A stretch of 64,000 nucleotides of DNA, taken from contig NC_047025.1 in the NCBI RefSeq assembly GCF_902652985.1, forward strand, positions 20,770,001-20,834,000, in the 5' to 3' direction. Position numbers and translations under genes: made by a program. Positions 53,346 to 64,000 of the stretch are shown here, in pieces. This stretch comes from Pecten maximus. Taxonomy: Eukaryota. The stretch's first letter is position 1; each line of letters opens with the position of its first letter. The notes under the pieces are model-generated. The model was not told the origin of the DNA, made no database searches, and saw nothing but the letters and a program-made list of their open reading frames with translations.

Positions 53346-54604
53346 TGATAATATACAACCCTATAAGCGGAATCATGGCCCTTCGCTATGGTCTTTGCCA
53401 GACTGTGAATCATATATTATCACATTTTACAGTGTATATGACAGAGTACATAATCTAGAAGCTAAATACGGATCACGTTATGAAGTGGTGGATATGATAA
53501 CAAAAAGTAAATAATAAATAATAATAATGAAAATAATAAAAAGTTTACAACATTCAGCCAGGGGATACGGAACAATCACGTGGTAGGTAATAAATTTACA
53601 CGTGCCTGGTTTTATAACTAATATGTTTAGTACTCGTGGGGCCTTTGCAAGGGCGATAACAAACTGCTGTAAATACATATATCTATTAGCAGCTTCAGCA
53701 ATAAATATATATATATAAACGTATGGAAATAGATTCGAATAACAAAGACATGTGTCGTAACACGCCATCATGACCGGGAAATGTATTAGATTATTACACG
53801 CAAAGGTAGAAAACACGGCCACAGCTAAACGAACATGTGCCGAGAACACGTGCTTCCTGGAATGATATGACTGATCCCCGTATTATAGATAACAAGATAT
53901 CGCAAGTTTCAACTTTCAATTTCATTATTTCCAAATGCATTATAGAATATAGATTTATTATCGAAGCAATTGAATTATATAATCCGAACCACAGCTCCAT
54001 TTAAAGGATATGCTGATGGAATTCTAGGACGCTGCAGCTCGCCGATCGATCGATCACGACTGCGACACGTCCAGTTTCTAGAACTGTTTTAATGGTATGG
54101 CAACAAAGGGCGGGTAAGGATGAACATCACGTGCTAGACAGGATATGACGTTGCAAGGCAGGTTTGGTATATCGGTACAATCTTAATGTCAAATTTGAAA
54201 TCAAATTTACGGTTCGTTCAGTATTTATGGAATTACGTGATGTAGAGATGAATCGGTATCATGACTAAAACGTGTATGGTTGTGCGATAATCAGCCATTA
54301 TTGTAGCAAAATATGGTACCATACCATATATGGAATACCTAATTGACTTGGAGATACGGTAGTTGGATTACATTTTGTGGACTGTTAAAATGACTGCTCT
54401 GAAATAAAAAGAAAGTCAAAATTCAATTTAATATTTCATATCTATTAACGAATTCTTTGAAATACAGCTCCCGATAATATTACATTATGACGTCATGTCT
54501 AAACAAAGAAAATATTTTATTGATACGGACGAAGTTCCACCAAGTATCGGGATTTTCTCCCTCTGTATTCTTCTGGAACACAAACTATGATCTATATTTA
54601 GGTC

Positions 54605-54737
54605 TCCTATAACGTTACAGGGACTCACGACTTTGACGGTTGTTACTACACACCAGTAATGATAAAGTTGGGGACATGTCCTATAACGTTACAGGGCCTC
54701 ACGACTACGAGATTGTTACTACACACCTGTAATGATG
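54605..54737. repeat. Imperfect direct duplication, ~60-bp core with 74-bp spacing
   Basis: tcctataacgttacaggg(a/c)ctcacgact...ttgttactacacacc(a/t)gtaatgat at 54605 and 54679. Confidence 0.85.
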
Positions 54738-55402
54738 ATGAAATAATTGTTAACTGTTTGATTCTTAAATATGTTAGTATTACATTTAATTGACTTTCAT
54801 AGCATGCTCAACTATATGTTAAAAGAGATTCGAATTCAGAATGTATCGCATTTAGATAAGACTATATATATACTTATTATCAATTAACTAAACACTATTA
54901 GGTAAAAGTTGTTTTTGTTTTGTTTTTTATTTGTTCAAAGAATCTTAATTAGACCAAGTCCTCGTCCACGGACGAGCGAACAGTCTTAACATCCATGACG
55001 GAAGGACGGACGGCGGGTCCAAGACCATCCACATGTGTACACCAGCTATTTGAGGCTAGGTTCAATCGTGAACATTTTAACACCGTCCACATGTGTCCTC
55101 GTTAAAATGAATGTTCATCTGTTTTAAGTTTTCCTTGTGGGGTATTTTAATGATCATGGTTATAACTGGTCTGCCCTTTTTGATGGCTCCCAAGGGGAGT
55201 TTGAGATAATGCTTAGATAATTATAGCATATTTCAGTGATAAATCTGGTCCTTAATAATTAATAACTAGCTTTAAAGATGCCTAGTCCCTTTGGGGAACT
55301 ACAAGTATACGGCATCAATGTCCTCATATGACCGTATTGTAACGGCTGATTTGTGTCATAGCTTGTTGTTGGCCACATCAAACGGGTGGGATTGGCTAGG
55401 AG

Positions 55403-55600
55403 GAGGTGGGGCAGGCGGATGTGTACAGTACGCTGGTACGGTATAAGGGGGTGGGGCAGGCGAATGTGTACAGTACGCTGGTACGGTATAAGGGGGTGGG
55501 GTAGGCGAATGTGTACAGTACGCTGGTACGGTATAAGGGGGTGGGGCAGGCGGATGTGTATAGTACGCTGATACGGTATAAGGGGGTGGGGTAGGGGGTT
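55403..55600. repeat. G-rich minisatellite, 45-bp unit (gtacagtacgctggtacggtataagggggtggggcaggcgaatgt), ~4.3 copies
   Basis: Direct periodicity, with a 15-aa repeat in the ORF track. Confidence 0.93.
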
Positions 55601-56346
55601 GATGTTATATTCGCACGTTTTATCGTCCTTATTAGTGACCGAGGCCTGTAATCTGTATGTGTAACTGTACACTGTTCCAAAGACAGCCAAGTCCTGGAGT
55701 CAGTTTACAAAACAAACGGCTAATTAATTACTCTCAATAAAGATATTTTTGGATGACTATGATGACTCTGAAGATTAATTGGATACTTCCGGTTTTATTG
55801 AAATAACAGGAAGTTTAGACTTGACATTGAAACGAACATCTACTCTCTGAAATGTAAGTAATTATATAGAGGAAGACAACTCCGAGTGTAGATATTCTTC
55901 AAGGGTTCAAGTCTACTTTTGACATTTGCTATTTGTATATTCGCGCTATCTTTTGATTAGATCTATAATAGATTTATAAATTGCCGTATAAACAAAGTGA
56001 TCGCGTACCAATGACATATTTCGTAATAGAAGATATTACAGTCTGAAGCATTAGCTTTCCGGTCCAGCGGACGTTTAATTTCGGTAAAACGTCACGCGCA
56101 TTGTTGCAGCTAATATCCATTAGATTACCATTGGTTGGAAAACATACATACACTACTCAGTATCTCTGAGTCTGCATCAAATCAACAGAATATGAAATTA
56201 ATCATATAATATATTTATTGGATTTTATTATAGAGAAACATTTATATCAAGAATGGCATTTCAGTAGCAAGTTAACTTAGATTACAGAGTTGAGGGTAAG
56301 CAGTAATATTTTGGGGGGTTATCCGAGTTTAAATGTAAAATGCTCC

Positions 56347-56347
<1 letters not shown>

Positions 56348-56390
<43 letters not shown>
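56348..56390. repeat. Poly-C tract (43 nt)
   Basis: Seen directly. Confidence 0.9.
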
Positions 56391-56586
56391 ATGAGTAATC
56401 ATCATAATTTAATTCAGCCCTTGATTTGATTATATTATTATATTAATATCATAAGTGAATATTTCAAAGTCTGCAAAATTTTGTTAATTGAAACTGTACA
56501 TGTCTTAATGATATTCCAATTAGTATGCCATCTACACTAGTTATGTTTATTGTATAATAACTGTAATCCATTAATACACATTTCAA

Positions 56587-59500
56587 CAGATCGAGTATCA
56601 CGTTACCTGACCACACGTCCATTAATTAGGTGGTACGTAATGGAGTACAGATTGAGTATCACGTTACCTGACCACACGTCCATTAATTAGGTGGTACGTA
56701 ATGGAGTACAGATTGAGTATCACGTTACCTGACCACACGTCCATTAATTAGGTGGTACGTAATGGAGTACAGATTGAGTATCACGTTACCTGACGACACG
56801 TCCATTAATAAGGTGGTACGTAATGGAGTACAGATTGAGTATCACGTTACCTGACGACACGTCCATTAATTAGGTGGTACGTAATGGAGTACAGATTGAG
56901 TATCACGTTACCTGACGACACGTCCATTAATTAGGTGGTACGTAATGGAGTACAGATTGAGTATCACGTTACCTGACGATATCGTCCATTAATTAGGTGG
57001 TACGTAATGGAGTACAGATTGAGTATCACGTTACCTGACGACACGTCCATTAATTAGGTGGTACGTAATGGAGTACAGATTGAATGTCATGTTACCTGAT
57101 AATATCGTCCATTAATTAGGTGGTACGAATGGAGTACAGATTGAGTACCACGTTACCTGACGACACGTCCATTAATTAGGTGGTACGTAATGGAGTATAG
57201 ATTGAGTATCACGTTACCTGACGATATCGACCATTAATTAGGTGGTACGTAATGGAGTACAGATTGAGTATCACGTTACCTGACGATATCGTCCATTAGT
57301 TTGGTGGTACGTAATGGAGTACAGAGTGGGTATCACGTTACCTGACGACACGTCCATTAATTAGGTGGTACGTAATGGAGTACAGATTGAGTATCACGTT
57401 ACCTGACGATATCGTTCATAAATTAGGTGGTACGTAATGGAGTACAGATTGAGTATCACGTAACCTGACGACACACATTAATTAGGTGGTACGTAATGGA
57501 GTACAGATTGAGTATCACGTTACCTGACGACACACATTAATTAGGGGGTACGTAATGGAGTACAGATTGAGTATCACGTTACCTGACGACACGTCCATTA
57601 ATTAGGTGGTACGTAATGGAGTACAGATTGAGTATCACGTTACCTGACGACACACATTAATTATGTGGTACGTAATGGAGTACAGAGTGAGTATCACGTT
57701 ACCTGACGATGTTGTCCATTAATTAGATGGTACGTAATGGAGTCCAGACTGAGTATCACGTTACCTGAAGATATCGTCCATTAATTAGGTGGTACGTAAT
57801 GGAGGACAGATTGAGTATCACGTTACCTGACGAAATCGTCCATTGATTAGATGGTACGAATGGAGTACAGATTGACTATTACGTTACCTGACGATATCGT
57901 CCATTATTTAGGTGGTATGTAATGGAGTCCAGACTGAGTATCACGTTACCTGACGATATCGTCCATTAATTAAGTGGTACGTTTTGGCGTCTTTATCGAG
58001 TATCACGTTACCTGACGATATCGTCCATTAATAAGGTGGTACGTAATGGAGAACAGATTGAGTATCACCTTACCTGACGATATCGTCCATTAATTAGGTC
58101 ATACGTAAAAGAGTACAATTGAGTATCACGTTACCTGACGATATCGACCATTAATTAGGTGGTACCGTAATGGAGTACAGATTGAGTATCACCTTAATGA
58201 CGATATCGTCCATAGTTTGGTGGTACTTAAGGAAAGCTACAGAGTGGGTTCACGTTACCTGACGCCACGTCATTAATTAGGGGTACGTAATGGAGTACAG
58301 ATTGAGTATCCGTTACCTGACGATATCGTGCATCATTAGGTGGTACGTAATGGAGTACAGATTGAGTATCACGTAAACTGACGCGACACACATTAATAGG
58401 TGGTACCGTAATGGAGTACAGATTGAGTATCACGTTACCTGACACACGTCCATTAATTAAGTAGGTACGTTTTGGGCGTCTTATCGAGTTCAGTTATGAC
58501 GATAATCGTCATTAATAAGGTGGTCGTAATGGAGAAACAGGATGAGTATCACCTTACCTGACGATATCGTCCATTAATTAGTGTCATACGTAAAAGATAC
58601 AAAATGAGTATTCACGTACCGACGATACGACCATAATTAGGTGGTACGTAATGGAGTACAGATTGAGTATCACGTTACCTGACGATATCGTCCATTAGTT
58701 TGGTGGTACGTAATGGAGTACAGAGTGGGTATCACGTTACCTGACGACACGTCCATTAATTAGGTGGTACGTAATGGAGTACAGATTGAGTATCACGTTA
58801 CCTGACGATATCGTTCATAAATTAGGTGGTACGTAATGGAGTACAGATTGAGTATCACGTAACCTGACGACACACATTAATTAGGTGGTACGTAATGGAG
58901 TACAGATTGAGTATCACGTTACCTGACGACACGTCCATTAATTAAGTGGTACGTTTTGGCGTCTTTATCGAGTATCACGTTACCTGACGATATCGTCCAT
59001 TAATTAGGTGGTACGTAATGGAGTAACAGATTGAGTATCACCGTTACCTGACGATCATCGTCCATTAATTAGGTGCATACGTAAATGGAGTACAATTGAG
59101 TATCACGTTACCTGACGATATCGTCCATTAATTAGGTGGTACGTAATGGAGTACAGAGTGAGTATCACGTTACCTGACGATGTTGTCCATTAATTAGATG
59201 GTACGTAATGGAGTCCAGACTGAGTATCACGTTACCTGAAGATATCGTCCATTAATTAGGTGGTACGTAATGGAGGACAGATTGAGTATCACATTACCTG
59301 ACGAAATCGTCCATTGATTAGATGGTACGAATGGAGTACAGATTGACTATTACGTTACCTGACGATATCGTCCATTAATTAGGTGGTACGTAATGGAGTA
59401 CAGATTGAATGTCATGTTACCCGATAATATCGTCCATTAATTAGGTGGTACGAATGGAGTACAGATTGAGTACCACGTAACCTGACGATATCGTCCATTA

Positions 59501-62290
59501 TTTAGGTGGTACGTAATGGAGTACAGATTGAGTACCACGTTACCTGACGATATCGTCCATTGATTAGATGGTACGTAATGGAGTCCAGACTGAGTATCAC
59601 GTTACCTGACGATATGTCCATTAATTAGGTGGTACGTAATGGAGTACAGATTGAATATCACGTTACCTGACGATATCGTCCATTGATTAGGTAGTACGAA
59701 TGCGTTACATATTGAGTACCACGTAACCTGACGATATCGTCCATTATTTAGGTGGTATGTAATGGAGTCCAGACTGAGTATCACGTTACCTGACGATATC
59801 GTCCATTAATTAAGTGGTACGTTTTGGCGTCTTTATCGAGTATCACGTTACCTGACGATATCGTCCATTAATAAGGTGGTACGTAATGGAGAACAGATTG
59901 AGTATCACCTTACCTGACGATATCGTCCATTAATTAGGTCATACGTAAAAGAGTACAAATTGAGTATCACGTTACCTGACGATGTTGTCCATTAATTAGG
60001 TGGTACGTAATGGAGTACAGATTGAGTATCACGTTACCTGACGATATCGTCTATTAATTAGGTGGTACTTAATGGAGTACAGATTGAGTATCACGTTACC
60101 TGACGATATCGTCCATTAATTAGGTGGTACGTAATGGAGTACAGATTGAGTATCACGTTACCTGACGACACACATTAATTATGTGGTACGTAATGGAGTA
60201 CAGAGTGAGTATCACGTTACCTGACGATGTTGTCCATTAATTAGATGGTACGTAATGGAGTCCAGACTGAGTATCACGTTACCTGACGATATCGTCCATT
60301 AATTAGGTGGTACGTAATGGAGTACAGATTGAGTATCACGTTACCTGACGATATCGTCCATTAGTTTGGTGGTACGTAATGGAGTACAGAGTGGGTATCA
60401 CGTTACCTGACGACACGTCCATTAATTAGGTGGTACGTAATGGAGTACAGATTGAGTATCACGTTACCTGACGATATCGTTCATAAATTAGGTGGTACGT
60501 AATGGAGTACAGATTGAGTATCACGTAACCTGACGACACACATTAATTAGGTGGTACGTAATGGAGTACAGATTGAGTATCACGTTACCTGACGACACGT
60601 CCATTAATTAGGTGGTACGTAATGGAGTACAGATTGAGTATCACGTTACCTGACGACACACATTAATTAGGGGGTACGTAATGGAGTACAGATTGAGTAT
60701 CACGTTACCTGACGACACGTCCATTAATTAGGTGGTACGTAATGGAGTACAGATTGAGTATCACGTTACCTGACGACACACATTAATTATGTGGTACGTA
60801 ATGGAGTACAGAGTGAGTATCACGTTACCTGACGATGTTGTCCATTAATTAGATGGTACGTAATGGAGTCCAGACTGAGTATCACGTTACCTGAAGATAT
60901 CGTCCATTAATTAGGTGGTACGTAATGGAGGACAGATTGAGTATCACGTTACCTGACGAAATCGTCCATTGATTAGATGGTACGAATGGAGTACAGATTG
61001 ACTATTACGTTACCTGACGATATCGTCCATTAATTAGGTGGTACGTAATGGAGTACAGATTGAATGTCATGTTACCTGATAATATCGTCCATTAATTAGG
61101 TGGTACGAATGGAGTACAGATTGAGTACCACGTAACCTGACGATATCGTCCATTATTTAGGTGGTACGTAATGGAGTACAGATTGAGTACCACGTTACCT
61201 GACGATATCGTCCATTGATTAGATGGTACGTAATGGAGTCCAGACTGAGTATCACGTTACCTGACGATATGTCCATTAATTAGGTGGTACGTAATGGAGT
61301 ACAGATTGAATATCACGTTACCTGACGATATCGTCCATTGATTAGGTAGTACGAATGCGTTACAGATTGAGTACCACGTAACCTGACGATATCGTCCATT
61401 ATTTAGGTGGTATGTAATGGAGTCCAGACTGAGTATCACGTTACCTGACGATATCGTCCATTAATTAAGTGGTACGTTTTGGCGTCTTTATCGAGTATCA
61501 CGTTACCTGACGATATCGTCCATTAATAAGGTGGTACGTAATGGAGAACAGATTGAGTATCACCTTACCTGACGATATCGTCCATTAATTAGGTCATACG
61601 TAAAAGAGTACAAATTGAGTATCACGTTACCTGACGATGTTGTCCATTAATTAGGTGGTACGTAATGGAGTACAGATTGAGTATCACGTTACCTGACGAT
61701 ATCGTCTATTAATTAGGTGGTACTTAATGGAGTACAGATTGAGTATCACGTTACCTGACGATATCGTCCATTAATTAGGTGGTACGTAATGGAGTACAGA
61801 TTGAGTATCACGTTACCTGACGACACGTCCATTAATTAGGTGGTACGTAATGGAGTACAGATTGAATGTCATGTTACCTGATAATATCGTCCATTAATTA
61901 GGTGGTACGAATGGAGTACAGATTGAGTACCACGTTACCTGACGACACGTCCATTAATTAGGTGGTACGTAATGGAGTACAGATTGAGTATCACGTTACC
62001 TGACGATATCGACCATTAATTAGGTGGTACGTAATGGAGTACAGATTGAGTATCACGTTACCTGACGATATCGTCCATTAGTTTGGTGGTACGTAATGGA
62101 GTACAGAGTGGGTATCACGTTACCTGACGACACGTCCATTAATTAGGTGGTACGTAATGGAGTACAGATTGAGTATCACGTTACCTGACGACACGTCCAT
62201 TAATTAGGTGGTACGTAATGGAGTACAGATTGAGTATCACGTTACCTGACGACACGTCCATTAATTAGGTGGTACGTAATGGACTACAGA
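56587..62290. repeat. Satellite, 61-62-bp unit (acagattgagtatcacgttacctgacgatatcgtccattaattaggtggtacgtaatggagt), ~93 copies, with higher-order repeats
   Basis: Direct periodicity. Identical variant blocks lie 1655 bp apart (identical ORFs at 59602 and 61257). Confidence 0.98.
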
Positions 62291-62338
62291 CTAAAGAGGT
62301 GGCGCTCATGATGATTCAAATCAAGCTCTAGACCAAAT

Positions 62339-62339
<1 letters not shown>

Positions 62340-62375
<36 letters not shown>
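62340..62375. repeat. (CAAT)n microsatellite, ~9 copies
   Basis: Seen directly. Confidence 0.95.
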
Positions 62376-64000
62376 TTGTTATTTAGTGTCATATATCACA
62401 ATTACATTGTACAAGTATATAGTTACAAAGTATAAAACATAGTTTAATATCGGGGATACATCATCTGAACCATAACAAAATATAAAATATTGATATTCTG
62501 AAAAAGAACCGTTACAATATTTTTTTTTTACATTGTCGATCATGGTAGCCATTATATCTGCCATTTCGTGTTTTCGCTTTGTCACGATTAGACGCCAGGC
62601 GAAGAAGCGTCTCCTTTTCACCTCGGTTGGGCGTCTTTTTGTGATTAGCTTTGACAGGTTTTTGCTTTTCGTCGTTTCGCTTTAGCGGGTTTTCGACTTT
62701 TCGATTCGGCGTGTTTTTATTTTCAAAATGAAATCATATTTACTTTTGAAGTGCATGTTTGTATAGTTTAGTTGTTATACAAAGATATATGTTATAGCCC
62801 TTCTTGATAATCAACACACCAAGTATACAGTAGATATACAATGTATTTGTTTCAAATAGAGATTAGAATTGGAGTAGCTTTTTCGTTAAATAAACAGACT
62901 TTAGATTATACATGGAACTCAGGCAAGTTCATAACAGAAATTAAAAATTGTCATATTTAAGGCAAATATATCTCTTAATGTTAAATAAATCTGTACTGCA
63001 TGATAATTACATTGTATCTCTTAATCGCTATTACCCGAAAGTCAGCACTCTTCTACCGAAATGAAGACGATCCATGATCAAAGTTAGAGGTGAAGAAGTG
63101 AATAGAATTAGTGCAGGCTACTTTCGATTTCTGGTTTGCCAACAAAAGGTTATTACGTACATGTATGTAAGTTGTCGGTACCACCAATCGCACTAGTCAA
63201 TATTTTGTCTAAGGAGTCATGTATAATATGATATAAAGTATTAACTCGTGATAAACATCCAACTGTGTCCAGAACCGGTGTGTATTTACTAGAAAAAGAT
63301 GCGCCGGAATTACAGACGGACAGCCTGTTGAAGTGTCGTTCAAGTCTGGACAACCGAGAAAAAAACAACTTCAAGTTGATTAAAGAAACGCCAATTTCTA
63401 CAAAGCATGATTGAGTCAATTGTGCTAAAATAATGACAAAACGTATTACGAATCAATCAATATTGTAAATTATGAAGAGAAATAATTAAGATTTGCTTGA
63501 TGGCGAAGCGAAGCGAACAACAAAGAGAATTTTTATAATATTCCATTAGTCACCCAGTACAGCATATGGTTTCGCACTTCAATCTCCTAATCACGTACAA
63601 TAAAAGGTGTTGTGTGCTACAGTAAAAATGATAACTTTGCGTCTCAATTATTTCTAAAATATAGCAATTGATGCATATTGGCGAAAACGGGAAGCTACTT
63701 CAAAACAGCAAAACTGTAGCAAACCTCAAAAGACAAAGGAAGTCTGGCGGAGACGGCTACTGGTGATTAGGCAGTCATCAAACACTCTGACGACACTGAT
63801 TGGGTATCCATCATATGCTTGAAAAACGTCAATAAATGGAGGGGTAGTGATCATGATGATGATCAGATATTTTATTTTGAAGTGTTCCACATGGAATATG
63901 ATACAATCGACTAGAATCTGTGGCTTGGACCAGCCTAGATTCCGGAGCACTAACCGATTACAAAAAACAGTTCGTCCTTATGGGTACGTGTAACAGCCAT

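Noticed and set aside
54965-55060. Helentron/pearl-like element (acgg-type microsatellite) as carrier of nearby satellites
   Set aside because: Only a few degenerate acgg units. No subterminal inverted repeats or 3' hairpin could be tied to any array.
2185-62290. CRISPR-like arrays (regular 24-62-bp palindromic repeats)
   Set aside because: Units are head-to-tail with no unique spacers, there are no cas genes, and the context is eukaryotic.

Overview
Eukaryotic (animal) genomic DNA, AT-rich and gene-poor. The GPCR type and the SINE/LINE/MITE content suggest a bivalve mollusc; this is inference and not provable from the window. There is one clearly intact protein-coding gene: a single-coding-exon rhodopsin-family (class A) GPCR on the minus strand (15070-16284). 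It has a splice acceptor and a short uORF just upstream, so its 5' UTR exon(s) lie further right, with the best candidate near 33.0-33.1 kb. About 23 kb (roughly a third of the window) is made of at least 11 unrelated minisatellite arrays (units of 24, 26, 38, 39, 41, 42, 43, 45, 49, 52 and 61-62 bp). Several contain internal palindromes or higher-order structure. Transposon remnants include a full-length but dead mariner (TIRs plus TA TSD), tRNA-derived SINEs, two 5'-truncated LINE 3' ends (CR1-like and RTE/RTEX-like), three MITEs with clear TIRs, and a candidate 2.5-kb TIR element whose subterminal 24-mer has expanded into a satellite. Nearly all other ORFs in the track are translations of repeats or chance ORFs. 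No CRISPR array, rRNA or true tRNA gene was found. I did not find a convincing novel multi-gene system. The most unusual signals are the TIR-linked satellite birth and the density of palindromic minisatellites around the GPCR.
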